Shown here piece by piece: positions 1 through 12,669 of a stretch of 64,000 bases of DNA (its first letter is position 1; each line of letters starts with the position of its first letter). A program made the translations under genes and the position numbers. This stretch comes from Puccinia triticina. Lineage: Eukaryota. Location: NCBI GenBank assembly GCA_026914245.1, contig CP110440.1, positions 4,092,001 to 4,156,000 of the forward strand. The letters are read 5' to 3'. The notes under the pieces are model-generated. The model worked only from the letters and a program-made list of their open reading frames with translations. It was not told the origin of the DNA and searched no databases.

Positions 1-1209
1 GCCACAGACCTCCTGCTTGTGGACGTTCAGACGGGAGATCCAGTGGTCGGCGGCGCGGACGTCCCGGTGGACGATGGAGCGGTCGCGGGAGCCGGTGGAG
101 AGGATGTGGGCGTTCCAGTCCATGCATCCGATCCGGCTCTCGTGGCCGTCCATGGTGCGGACTCTTTTGCCGATCTGGGTGTCCCAGATGTGTGTTTTGC
201 CCGAGTCGGTGCCAATGGCGAGGATATTACCGCGGCCGATCCAGGCGAGGGAGGTGGTGTGGTCGGGCAGGCCGGGCAGGGCGAGGTCGACGAGCCGGGT
301 GACGGCGGAGGTGACGGCGGACCAGAGGTAGACCTGGGAGCCGAGGCCGACGGCGAGGACGTTGGTGGAGCTCCAGTCGACGAGGTTGAGGTAGTAGTCG
401 TCGGCCAGGTCGGGGGCATCGAGCACTTTGAACGGCACCTTGCTGAGCGAGCGGGTGGGCTTGCGCGGCGAGAGCAGCAGCCGCTGGCTCTCGTGCTTGA
501 TCGGCGTCGTCGAGTAGCGCGGGTGGGTGGGCGAGTCGAGGTTGGGGGCCTGCTCTGGGCCCGGCCGGGTCGGCGAGGAGTAGCTGAACAGCTTCGGGGT
601 CGCTTTCCGCGGCGTGCCTGGGGACGAGTTGGGGACGGTCGAGGCATGCCTGGAGTGGGAGGGCGAGTGGTTGATGAAGTGGGGCAGGTCGGCGGGCTCG
701 CTGCCGAATGTTTCTGCCTTGAGCAGGTTGGTGAACGTCCGGCGTGCTTGGTCTGGCCCAGATGGGTGGTCCTGGTCAGGATCTCTGTCTGTCTCTCTGA
801 GGGATGGATGGAGCGTACCTTTCTCTAGGTCGGTGACTGCTGCGGCGACGATGGGCTTCTTGGAGGGGCTGCCCCTGGTGGGGGTTGATGGGCCGTCGGG
901 CATGAGCTGGAAGGTGGTCGACAGATCGACGCCGTCTGCGCGGGTGGGGATGAAGCTGTGTGGGGTCGCGATGGGTCAGCAGTGGATTGGGGGGGAGAGG
1001 GAGAGTGGGTGGGGTGCTTGCCGGTCGCCATAGTGTCTCTTCTTGCTGGGGCTCGACGGGCTCCTGTTGGCTGGGCGGGGGCGTGCAGGCTTGGAGGGCA
1101 GCCGGGCGGGGTTGAAGGGGTCGTCGAGCTGGAGCAGCTCTGTTGCGGTGCTGTTTTCAGTGGGCTGCTTGGATGGCCCTGGGATGGGGGTGGTATTGGG
1201 GGTGTCCAT
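1..1209 (-). CDS. APC/C activator, Cdc20/Fizzy family (Cdh1/Fzr-like), runs off the left edge of the window
   Basis: ATG at 1209. Removing a GC-AG intron (1021-956) creates the C-box DRFIPTR. The downstream minus frame reads PFKVLDAPDLADDYYLNLVDWS...STGSRDRSI...HKQEVC. Confidence 0.9.
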
Positions 1210-1647
1210 TCCGGGTATTGCTGGGCTGATGTCGTGGTTCGTCGCTGGTTTTCCGGCCGGCTGCTGCCTGGCCTGGGCTGCTGGGGCTGGGATGTGGTGG
1301 GGGTGGTGTGCGATCGACTCGCCCCGGCTGGCTGGGAAACCCTCGACACTCAGCCAACATCAACTAACAGATCCACCACGCTGAGAACGCTCACAAACAT
1401 ATGTAGACAGCTTGAGAGAATCCTAGGGAAGCAGCCCATCCACCATCTTGCCTTCGGGTGATCTCTAGCAAAGCAGACTCAAAACATCGAGCAGCGTCTC
1501 CTCCCTCAATCCCTTGCAGGTAATAGACACACCACTAACCCTTGAGGAGCTTCTGGAAGCGGAAGGGTTCCAAGATGTTTCCTGCTTCCAGTCATGTATT
1601 GTTTCGACTCATGACTTGATGGGGGCTTTGCGGTGGCGGAATGGACT

Positions 1648-1931
1648 GGAAACTTCATCAAAGACTACAGCGGGCATGGGTATGAGATATTATGAGACCG
1701 GGCTCCGTCGGCACTATGTTTTCACCAGATACAGAGCGAGACTGAAAGTGCATCTCCTGTTTGTAGATAGCTCCCCAAATAATTCATTCCTTGGAAGTGT
1801 TGGTGGAGTCTGAGACCGTTCGGTCTTCTATTGGGACGTATCAACCGGCGCCATATTGAGACGCTTTAGTGGACACACCGGCCTAATAAATGCATGTGCT
1901 TTCAGTTGGGATGGTAACTTGCTCATCAGTG
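1648..1931 (+). pseudogene. WDR83/MORG1-like WD40 gene fragment with stops
   Basis: Reads GNFIKDYSGHGYEIL*, then SPNNSFLGSVGGV*DRSVFYWDVSTGAILRRFSGHTGLINACAFSWDGNLLISG followed by a GTTAGT donor. No recognisable start or continuation. Confidence 0.7.
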
Positions 1932-3501
1932 GTTAGTATCACTGGCTACTATCAGCGTCACCTGAACTGGAGATTGTTTTGATACGCGAAGCTGGTCTTT
2001 TGCAGTGCCGGGACGTTAGGCGGTCAAGGCCCATACCACCGCAACCGCCCGCATAGACGTCGAGGGTAATCGAGAAGCCGACCTTCTGGCAGGAAGTGGT
2101 AGAGAGAGAGGTACCCGGTGCACATTCTGCTCTGCTCTCCAGGGCCGACTCTCTAGTCTCGTCACTAGGACAATGCGGCTCAGCCGCGTAGGCACAAAGG
2201 TCGAACGGGCCCGTGAATGTGAGTTCAGAAGGCCGATGCGAATCGCAGGGGTGGTTGGGCAGTCGTAGTGGTTGTAGGAGGTCCTCAGCCTTTCGACCTC
2301 TTGGCAGCAAAAGAGGACTGCAAAGAAGTAAAGCACTTCAAGCGGTATCGACCCGCATCTTGCCATCCTCTGACCTCTCTCAAGATTCCGTTTCGCCTGT
2401 ACAAATCATTGTACATAAATCCCTGTTTTCTTCGTTTGTATTCATGGCCACTCAGCAAGGAAACATCCCAGGGTCCGTTGGACCACCTTCCGCTGGCGGA
2501 ACAACCGCTGTCAGCTGGGCACAGACGCTGATCACCAAGATTCTGCCTGGTGAGTTGATACGTAGCTCTCTGCAGCCTACATAAGTAGTGACTGTTATAT
2601 CTATGTATGTACACAGAATTAATCCCCCGCATGTGCAAGCAGCAATCCTTCTCTTTAAGCATCTCCACCAAAGCCCAGGTAAGCACCTCACAATTTTCCA
2701 CTTTTATTTGAGCATGTGTCTCATTACCATCTTGCCTTTCATGTCCTCTTAAAGTCATCATGCCATTTAACATGTGGATGGTCTTTTCCGCTCAACTTTT
2801 GCTTTGTATATTAATGGCTGTTTTAGCTATGCAATTTTTCACCAGTGAGTTTTTATTTTATTTTAATCCTTCAATGTACCAACATCCAAAAAGACTGATG
2901 ATATATGCAACCTTCAAAAAAGTTCAAAAGTTGTTCCAACTCGAAGCCCAAGTTCTTGCTGGCCAAGGACATACCTGACATCCCACATTCTGTTTCTTGT
3001 TCTTTTTCCTTGTTTGCTTGACCTCCCTTTCCTACGACTCTTGTACAAATTACTTTTTTTCCTTTTACGTCCCTTGTATATACATCCTTGTCCACTCCAG
3101 CCATCCATCCAAGCAGCAGCCCATCTTACAATTTACAGAGCTATTTGGAGCCAAGCGTTGCATAACCAAACATTTGCAACTTGGTACAATGCTTATTAAA
3201 TTGAGAGAGAAGCGAAGTAGGTTACAATAATCAGAACAAACGGTACATGTCGCATTAAAAACGAATCAAGTCACAAGAACGTCTGATGAAAAGAAAAAGA
3301 AAAAAAAAAAAACATCAATATACCGTAATCGATACTTCTATCGGTCTACATACTTTAGTGAGACAGGTTGGTTTTGTGAAGTTTCTCTGTTTTTAAGAGC
3401 AGCACCCCAAGCCATAAAGCATAATGATACAAGGGAAAGAGAAATTTTCAGTGCAAATCAAACATTCTTTAGCGTGCGAAAAGAAGGGCGAAGAGAAAAA
3501 G

Positions 3502-5583
3502 TTATTGTAAGGGTTCGGTGGTAGTTGACAATCGAGAGAGATGCAAATAAACACTGCAGTCCAGATGGGAAGGTGGTAATCGGCCGCGGTTCGGAAATCA
3601 GCCAACCAAACACTCAATCCAAATGAATTAAAAAAGACTGACTCAGTCCCGTATCCTTCCATGGATATCAACTTCAGGTTTCCCCCAAAGTACTGAGCAT
3701 AGAGACGCGCGATCGACAGACCATAACCTGTCCAACAAAGCGAGCAGACGTTTGCAGTCAATATTTGTATGACCAGAGATGTTGAAGACGGGAGAGGCTG
3801 GATAAGGAAAGCGAAGATAGGTACCGAATCCAGCCATAGGGGCTTTGAAATCCGTGCCTTCGAAGTCTCGGTCAAGTCGTTGCGCTTGGGCGGTCGTGTA
3901 CATGTACGTCCATACCAAGCCGACCGCACTCCTGGGGATCCCTCCCCCCTCGTCGGAAATCTTGATCGTGATGTCTTCGGCACCTTGCGCGACGATCACT
4001 TTGATCGGCGGGAACTCGTCAGCATCGACCCCGTGCGTCTCAACCACGGCTCGCAACGAGTTCTTTAGCACTTCAAAAACCATGTGGTTCTGGAAAGCAA
4101 ATGGAGATGTAGCATCAAGTTAGCCAACCCCTTGCTTTGATTTATCATAGGCGGGGATGATGGGAAAGATGTAAAAGGGAACGAAAAATGCTTACCAAAT
4201 GACTCGGTACGTACATAAAGGCTAGGTCTTTAGGACAGACTAATTGGACTGGCGGACCTTTAAACAAACCATAATGTTCCTCGCAAATGAACAGAGCGTT
4301 ATCGATAGCCTCGCGACAGATTTGGTAGACGTTAGTATTTGTGCATATCACGCCGACGTAATCGGGGTGAGGCTCGAGTTTATTCAATGCGATATGCTGG
4401 CCGATGAGCACACGTATGCCGATCCTAGACATGTAGAACCGGTCGAGGAAGGTCTGGACAGAGCGGTCGATCACGCTGGGGTTTTGGGAGGCCTTGGCGC
4501 TCCCACTCCGGCCGGGCCCCGCTAGGAAGTCCTTGTATTCCAGAATCCCTTGGGCTACCGTTGTGACGACGGGATCGTGTCGGCGTTTGATGACTGAAAG
4601 CGTTTGGGTAAACTTCTCGTTGTAATCGTGTACCTCCGGAGGCCAGACCACATCTCCCAGATCGACATAATACCTGATGGTAATACCCCTGTTGTTAGCT
4701 GTTTCTGCATTACATTCTCAACGAACGGGGAGAGTTCTTACCTCTGACTCAAGCCCAGACGCTGCTTTCCTGTGGTATCAATTAAGGGACGTTGCATGTG
4801 AGGTGGCAAACTCGGATTCGGGGTCAACGCTGGAAGTGGGGCTCCTTTTGTGAACGCTTTTTCGAAGTGGGCTATTAGCTCGGGGGGTAATTCTGGCCTG
4901 GGAAAGTTCACCAGTTCCTGAGAACAAGAAATACAGAAGAAAATCAGCCAATCATAAACGCGCAAGCAAGAAAGGCATGATAGAATAAAAATCAGCTATA
5001 CAAGTGAGTTCAAACTGACCTCAAAGGACTGTGCGTACCAATCCCGAACTTTCAAAATGCTCGGCATTTCATTGAGACGATTGGGCAGCTCGTTAAGTTC
5101 TTTGACCCGATGGGCCAATCTGATCGGCAGTTCCTCTAGATTCGTGTCAAGCCCCAGGTGGAATGGAATGACGGGAAGTCAAGGAGGATCTGTTAAGCAA
5201 GGTGAAAAGGTTTGAAGATCAATCACTCTCACTCACCATGTAAAAACTCGCTGGCCCTCATCAGCGTGCCTGCCGAAGGATTCTGACCTGAATCAGAAAT
5301 CGGGATGATGGCGAGAAGGCGATAGTACAGTTAGCTTGCGCAAGCCCACCACAATTGATTTTTATTCCGTTCCAGAACCTACATACCAAACATGACCATT
5401 TGTCGCAAAGAGACCCCAGTCTGTATCGGGAGAAAGAGATCGACTCCGATTAAAACTCATGCAAGCGAATTGAAGGGTAGCAGCTTCACATTTAATAGAG
5501 CAGAGAAACGGCTCAACTTGTGGGAAGCTGGCAAAATGACTAATCTTGTCCTTCAACGCTTGTGTCAATTTCCAACCGGACAT
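3502..5583 (-). CDS. Mitochondrial pyruvate dehydrogenase kinase / BCKDK family, multi-exon
   Basis: Motifs FLDRFYMSRIGIRVLIGQH, FEVLKNSLRA, KISDEGGGIP, APMAGF/GYGL, ARLYAQYFGGNLKLISMEGYGT. Last exon VYLHLSRLSTTTEPLQ*. Confidence 0.93.
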
Positions 5584-5951
5584 CCTTAAGAAATTTTCGT
5601 TCGGTTCAATTTAGAGACACTGGCGCATGTGGAGAAGAAGCCGGGCGGGGGAGAACGGATCAGTTTGTTCTAGTAGGAGAGTTCAAGTCAGCAGACCATT
5701 GACGTCAAGAAACTTACGGTTGAGGGTTCAGCTTAACAAGAACCGGGGCAAGTCGGCAGCAGTTGGCGGGGGGCCGGCCAGACGCGGACAATTGACGCAC
5801 CACAGCACGCAATTGATGTGTATTTATGGTATTCAAAATTGCATATGCCACTGTTTACATAAAATCATAAAGCCCATTTTGGCTGGGAGATGTCAGCGTG
5901 CATAAAACTTAAAGTGACATCTCCCAGCCAAAATTGCAGTTTATGATTTTA

Positions 5952-6366
5952 TTGTCTTTTTCATGAACCTTGGACCGGTTTTTTTTTTTTTTTGCTTCAT
6001 TGTATGGCTTTATTTTCACTTTTAAGATTAACTTTGGGCTCAGTTATCCCACATCTCCCTTGTCATTGTAGCTGGTGTAACAATCCCGGGCTCCGTCGGC
6101 CCCTCCGTTCAGGCTGAGGGCAGCAGCTCAGCACCATGATGAGGGGTAGAAGGGGTACTTTTGTGGGTCTGGTTCCAAATACGAACTCGCTTTTTACTGA
6201 AGTCTACTCCTTGACTGTCTTCTGGAGGGTAGTGGCTCTGGGGCGAGATTTAGCCTTGGGCCGCATCTGACACCTGTCAAGAGTTATATATAAAAAATAT
6301 GGGATCTGCAAGGATCTACCACAACAATTATTTTTTGAAAGGGTCCAAGCTTTTTGAAAAAGACAA
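5952..6366. mobile_element. Non-autonomous TIR element (~415 bp), TA duplication, Tc1/mariner-like
   Basis: Imperfect ~25-bp TIRs (TTGTCTTTTTCA...CTTGGACC). Removing it plus one TA restores the MITE A sequence seen at 14765-14921. Confidence 0.75.
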
Positions 6367-6398
6367 TATGTAAAAAAATCTTATGCAATTTTGAATAC

Positions 6399-6747
6399 TA
6401 TAAGATGCCTCAGGCAAATGGGAACTGGGCGGAACAGTCCCGTCGCGGTCAGTCTCGGCACTGATGAATCCGGCTCCAAATCTTGGTGGTTGATTGCATA
6501 GAAAACTGTACTAACCTGGGCGGAACAGTCCCGTCGCGGTCAGTCTTGGCACTGATGAATCCGGCTCCAAATCTCGGTGAGGAAAAGAGACTGGAGCCGG
6601 GCGCGGGTCCGACCAGGTTATGTAGTCTAAACCTAACCGGTTGATGATGACTAAGCACCGGTTAGGTTTAGCTTCTAAGTACATGATTGTGCTAAAACTC
6701 TGTTTATGTAATCTTGGCACTACTGATTCCACCGGAGTACTCTAACA
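6399..6747 (-). repeat. 3' LTR of the copia element
   Basis: Direct repeat of 11135-11483. Minus-strand termini TGTTAG...TTATA. Internal ~64-bp duplication and a hairpin at 6626-6670. Confidence 0.95.
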
Positions 6748-6773
6748 CCCCCCCCCCCCCAAGATTACAAAAA

Positions 6774-9700
6774 CTACCGGCTCACACCTAGCTGATCCAA
6801 CGCCCCTGTCATTTTCGTTGGTCCCAATCGCTTTGTGAGCACATCCGCCAGTTGATTGTGAGTATACTGGTCCACGAGACGTTGATATTGTTTTCCCTTA
6901 TCAAGTCATTCACAAAATAGAAGGCTCGCCGGAGATATTTTGTCTTCTTTTTTGAGGTGTTGTCCGTCGCAATGAGTATAGCGGCCTCATTGTTGCAATG
7001 CATTGATAGCTTAGGGCTAAATCCAATTTCTTCAAAGATATTGAGTAAATGTGCCAGTTGCTGAGCACCCTCCGAGAGAGCAAGGTACTCAGCCGCACAA
7101 GTTGACATTGCCACAACTGTTTGCCGTCTAGAACCCCATGCTACACTGTTTCCGCCATGAGTGAGTAGATAGCCCGTCGTTGACCGCTCGTGCTCTCCGC
7201 CCCAGTTTGCATCCGTCCAAAGATCCATGCCGCCGTTTCCCGCCCTGTACACAAGGGCCCTATCCGCCGTTCGTCCCAAATATCCAATTAACCAGTCAAG
7301 TGCCTTCCAATGTTCTTCAGACGGTGCCGCCAAAAACCGCGCCAATAAATTAACGCCATAAGATAGATCCGGTCTGGTACCGCAGGCCAAGTACATGAGA
7401 GAGCCAATCACCGACCTATACTCAGTTTGATCAATAGGGTCTCCTGAGAAAGTTTCAAGATCGGATTCAGGTAAGGGGCAGTGATGGGGCAGAGTCTTCC
7501 GGTGATATGTCGCAACAATTTGATTAGCCATAAGTGATTGGGCAAGACGGAGATGAGGGCCATCCCAGGTGAATTTGATACCCACGAGTTGCCAAACATC
7601 GTCAGACCATTTAATTTCAAGTTGCTTCTCCATTCCATGCCGAAAGTCAGCCAGTAATGTTTTATCCGAGGACACCGCAAAGCCATCGTCGACGTGAAGC
7701 CAAATAATGATGAAATGGCCCACACGCCGAAAAAGATACAAGGAAGGTTCAATTTCACTGGCCTCGAAACCAAGAGACTCAACGGTTTTCTGGAAGAATT
7801 TCCGCCAGCAGCGGGCTGCTTGCTTGGTGCCGTAAAGTGCTTTCTTGAGGCGCATAACCTTACCCTTGAGTGAGGGAGTGATCTCAACCGGAGTTTGTAT
7901 ATACACCTCTTCCTCAATCGGGCTGTACAGGTAAGCGGAGCTCACATCAAAAGTCGCCGTGTGGAGTCGGTTTGAGATTGCCAGGGAAATGAGCAGGCGG
8001 AGCGTGTTGAGCAAAGCCGTTGGCGCGTAGGTCTTGTTATAGTCCTGTCCCATTTGTTGATTAAATCCCTTCGCAACATATCGAGCACGGTACTTCTCAA
8101 TCGAGCCATCCGGTCTTCTTTTGATCGAGAAACCCCAACGCGCACCCAGCGCTTTGCAAGCTTTTGGCGGGTTGGTTGGAATCCAGACCTCCAACTGACC
8201 AAATTTAAGCATTTCGTACTCTGCCGCCTCTCGCCATAGTTGAGCATCGGGTCCGGCAAGAGCTTGCTTCATTGTTTTTGGCAAGTTGTGTTCCGCATTG
8301 GTTGACAGAAGAGATAACTGTTGACGTTCTTCCTCCGCGATTTCAGCTGTCTTTTCTTCGCCTAGACGGAGCATGATTTGCTTCAAGATCAGATCCACTT
8401 GATTCTCTGCGGGTTCTGGCGTTGCGACTAGGTCCGGGGATGTTTGCGTCGGAGTCTTCTGAACTGGCAATTTTTGGAAATCTGGAAAATTCACCAAGCT
8501 CGAATGGACCATCCTTCTTTCACTAGGGACCCAAAACAGCCATCCGGTGCCAGAAGCTGGATACCCAAGCAGTTGACCTTCGCGTGCGCGCTCATCAAGT
8601 TTCTTCCTCTGCTCTTTTGGAATGTGGATTATTGCTCTTGCTCCAAACGGGAATAGGGTCGCAGCAATTGGCTTAACCTTGTAAAGAAGCTCGAGGGGTG
8701 CCTTGTCTTTTGTCCGGCTGTTGGGCATTCTGTTATGGAGGTGGGCCGCCGTCGAATAAGCAAAGCTCCACCACTTGCTGGATAACTCACTTGAGTGCAG
8801 CATGGTGCGAGCCATATCACCAAGGGTTCGGTTGACTCGCTCAGCCTTACCATTCTGTTCCGGTGAATAAGGAGTAACAGGTGCTAGAGTGGTACCAATC
8901 GCCTCCAGCTGCGGCTTAAGGCTTTTGGTATACTCGAGAGCGTTGTCACAGCGAAGATAAGTCGGGACTTTTCCAAGGGCAGTCTTGAGATGTCGAATCC
9001 AACCCATAATCTTCTCTGGCACGTCACTCCTATTTTGCATTGGCGCGCAGAGGGTGTAAGTACTCGCATGATCTCTCAGGGTGACGAGATACCGGCAACC
9101 GTTGATGTCGAGATTGAGTGGGCCTATAACATCGGACATGCAAAAATCGAGGGGCTCATCACGGGGAATTTGAGTCTCCATTCCCAATGTCTTCTTATCG
9201 AGGCTCTTCGACTTTGCACACTGCTCACAGAAGAACGATTTCCAGTGTACTTTTACATCCGGATAGTTGAGGCGGAGGAAGTGTTTTACCACTTCATCGG
9301 AGACGTGGCCGAGGCGAATATGCCAAACGTAAGGGTCAAAAGACGGCAATTGAGAAACCTTCTTTGATTGCAGGATAGCACTGGTCTTAAGGGACCAACA
9401 ATAGTTATGGAATACAGTCTCATAGCTATTGTTACAAGGATCTATCAACGTCGCCTGAGTACCATCATAATTCAACTTCCATCCTGACAACAGCAATCGG
9501 CCAGTGGAGAGAATAATACCATCGACGCCTGGACAGTGGTAGACATCGTCAATTTTCAGCGGTCCCGTCGGTGTTGGGATTGTCACACTTCCAATTTCGG
9601 AGACCGAGACATTACAATCGGAGACAGCCAAGTAGAATGTGCAAGGACTAGTCAGCTTCTTCTCGGCTCTGAACAGTGGTGAGTCGCCGCTTACGTGGGC

Positions 9701-10897
9701 TGAGGCACCCGAGTCGAGGAGAACCCCATCGGAGACGTCAGGGATGTTGACTTGGCGTAAACGATTGCCATCCGGGCGAGGGGGTGGACGGTATTTGGAA
9801 TTCTTTTTGTTGTAGTCGGCATCTGGCGGGCTGATTTTTCCGGTTGCAACGTCCTTCCAGAAGTGGCAGCAGTCTGGATACCAATGTCCATCTTCACCGC
9901 AGTAAATGCAATGAGTGCCGTGCTTTTTCACCAGTGATTCAGATTGCCCTTTTCCCTTGAAGTGAGTTGCTTTTTCGAGGGAGAGAGTCGTTGGTTGGCG
10001 GACTGGTTGCGCTCCTGCTCTGCGTTGGGGGGCCACATAGCGAGGTTGATGTTGGAGCGCATGAATACGGTCCAGATCCATGGCCATTGGGTCGGAAGTA
10101 CTGGGCAATAGAGTTGGCATCGGACCGCCCGTTTTGTTGCGCAGCTTGTTCGAGGCAAACTGTAAGATTGTCATCACATCATCGAAGGGCGGGGCCTCCT
10201 TCTCATTGAGTTGTTGGCTGATATTGAATTCAAAGGTCATTGGATCTACGCCAATCGGTGGTTTGAAGTGGGATTGGAGGAAGATTCCGAGGGCTTTGTC
10301 CCAGGTGATTTTGAGTTCACCGAGTTCTGATTTCATTTTCGCCCAGACAGACAACGTTGCATCCGAGGCAGGCGACGGATCCTTGACGAGTTGAACAAGT
10401 TGATTCAAGAGTTCGATCTTGCGGCGACGGTCAGAGCGGGAGCATTTGGTTCGAAGCAGCTCAAAGATTTCTTTAGGGGAAGACAGCTTTGAGGCGTCAA
10501 TAATATTGCCAAGGGTGTCGACAATAGTGTTGCGCATCAGACTTGCAACAGTCGACGCTTCCTCCACAGATAAGAGGGAAAAGTTGTCCAATTTGGCGGT
10601 GAAAGGTTCTTGGCAAACAAGGACATGGCAGAGGGTTCAATCGATCGCGGCCTCCCACAAAGGGAAGTTCGTTCCTTCGTAGACCAGAACGGGTTTACGA
10701 GGGTTGAGCTGGTGGTGGACTTGCATCGGCTTGTTCAAGAAATTGTCCATGACCATTTCTTGACGGGTCCGAGAGCGGGTAACGACGGGGACTTGGGCTG
10801 GTTGAGCTTGCGCTTGGTTGAGACGCAGGCTGGCGATTTCTTCTCAAAGCTCTTGGAAGAGCTGTTTTGCTTGTGCCGGGGTGATGTCCTGATCCAT
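6774..10897 (-). pseudogene. Copia gag-pol polyprotein, disrupted
   Basis: ATG at 10897 is in frame with the 1260-aa ORF but interrupted by TGA at 10637-10639. Motifs: zinc knuckle CIYCGEDGHWYPDC, protease LLDSGAS, WHIRLGH..CEQC, integrase PEQNGKAER, RT LHVDD, RNase H WTDANWG. A frameshift near 6863 displaces QLADVLTK. Confidence 0.92.
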
Positions 10898-11134
10898 GTC
10901 GTCGCTGGATGATGGAGATGAGGGGAAAGTAAAGGAGTTGGAAAGCTGGTTTTGTGATGTGGAGGGTTGGTTGAGTAGGGTTGATCTTCGTTTTTCAATC
11001 TCAGATTCTCAATTCTTCTTCTTCAATTCGTCGTTAACTTCTTTGTAACGTTCCTTCTTCTTATCGATCCAATTCATCCAGGATCCGAACTTAGGAGCGG
11101 GGAGACAAACAGCGCAGCGAGCAGGCTTTTAACC

Positions 11135-11483
11135 TATAAGATGCCTCAGGCAAATGGGAACTGGGCGGAACAGTCCCGTCGCGGTCAGTCTTGGCACTGA
11201 TGAATCCGGCTCCAAATCTTGGTGGTTGATTGCATAGAAAACTGTACTAACCTGGGCGGAACAGTCCCGTCGCGGTCAGTCTCGGCACTGATGAATCCGG
11301 CTCCAAATCTCGGTGAGGAAAAGAGACTGGAGCCGGGCGCGGGTCCGACCAGGTTATGTAGTCTAAACCTAACCGGTTGATGATGACTAAGCACCGGTTA
11401 GGTTTAGCTTCTAAGTACATGATTGTGCTAAAACTCTGTTTATGTAATCTTGGCACTACTGATTCCACCGGAGTACTCTAACA
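11135..11483 (-). repeat. 5' LTR of the copia element
   Basis: Direct repeat of 6399-6747, followed on the minus strand by the putative PBS GGTTAAAAGCC. Confidence 0.95.
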
Positions 11484-11650
11484 AATACCATAATTTGGTA
11501 TACAAACATAAATACAAGCAACTGACTTGTTCAGACAGCATAACCATTTCAAGGACATGATTCTCCAAAATCATGAAGCTATAAAATGCCAGTCCATTTA
11601 AATAATAAAAAAGGTGAAACACATCAAGCCCAGAGTTCAGTGAGGGCATA

Positions 11651-12052
11651 GTGGATGACTTCCTGTCAAGCCTGGGAGCCTCCCAGATCTCAATTTACAC
11701 AGCCAAAATCTTATTTTCAGGAAAAAGGAAAATGTTTTCATATAAGGTGTTCAAAGTTGAAATCATCAAATTTTTGAATCATAAAATCACAAAATCATAA
11801 AACTTTTGGGTGATAATTTTTTATGTACCATTTTCAAACTATTGCTCTGTTTTGAGTGTTTGGGTGGTGCATATTTTTTCTGCTTGAAATTTTATGATTT
11901 TATGGTGTTATGATTTAATGCAAGTCAACTTTGAACACCTTAATAGTAAGCCTGTAGTTTGTTGCTTTCATGTGTGCTCTTTTTTGTTTTGACAGGTGCC
12001 TTAATTTAGGAGTCATCTAGAGCTCTCTAAATGCTGACAGGAAGTCATCCAC
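11651..12052. mobile_element. MITE with 18-bp TIRs and TA flanks, containing a nested MITE
   Basis: TA-GTGGATGACTTCCTGTCA ... TGACAGGAAGTCATCCAC-TA. A degenerate related end lies at about 38785-38880. Confidence 0.75.
11745..11940. mobile_element. MITE family B (~200 bp)
   Basis: TIRs AGGTGTTCAAAGTTGA / TCAACTTTGAACACCT. Similar copies at 15325-15521 and, partially, 14670-14759. Confidence 0.8.
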
Positions 12053-12669
12053 TAATTAACATTTTTTGTTGAGCTTAGGATTGAAATCTTGAACAGAATC
12101 ACTGATCAAGGTGAATATTCACCCTTCATGAATTTGGGAGGAATTCCCTTTGTAGAATACCAGCCAAATGTTTTTTTTTTTCATTCATATTTTCTCTTTT
12201 CAAAGCAAAGACTAGCACATTGGATTGAATTGATTTGAGTATTTGTATTCGTATTTGATTCAAGTCAAATAATGCCTGGGCAAATTTAAGCTTGAATATT
12301 CAAATAAATTCGAATAATGGCTCAAAGGGGCGCGTAGAGGGCCAATGCAAGCTTTTCTGGGGCCCAAAGGCCCCAGATGAGTTTGAAAAGGCCCAAAAGT
12401 GGGTCAGCTACACTAACCGTAGCTTTTAGTGTAGTGTAGCGCAGCGCAAATGCGCTCTTTTTTAGCGTAGCGTTATCACAATTGTGCGCATCTGCGCTGC
12501 ACTATGCGCACATCTGCGCTGACGCTACGCGCACAGGGTGCAAAGCTATTTTAGCTTTTAGCATAGCGTTAGCACAGATACATTTTAGATTTTAGCGTAG
12601 CGTTAGCACAGATACGCGCAATTGCGCTAATGCTAAGCACACAGGGCGCAAAAGAGCGCGCGCTACGCT

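Larger units (their letters stand above)
6399..11483 (-). mobile_element. Full-length Ty1/copia LTR retrotransposon
   Basis: 349-bp LTRs at 6399-6747 and 11135-11483 differ at 2 sites. 5-bp TSD AATAC (6394-6398 and 11484-11488). Poly-G PPT on the minus strand next to 6748. Domain order gag-PR-IN-RT-RH. Confidence 0.97.
5827..11490. mobile_element. MITE family A copy, split by two nested insertions
   Basis: Inverse-orientation match to the intact 157-bp copy at 14765-14921. Pieces at 5827-5951, 6367-6398 and 11484-11490. TIR TGGTATTCAAAATTGCATA. Confidence 0.85.

Noticed and set aside
19..828. 269-aa plus-strand ORF and other GC-rich ORFs at 1-1460
   Set aside because: Antisense or alternate-frame shadows of the Cdh1-like gene.
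2019..2105. VKAHT...VEGNREADLLA, resembling an RNase H C-terminal motif
   Set aside because: The spacing is wrong and no other RNase H or RT motif is nearby.
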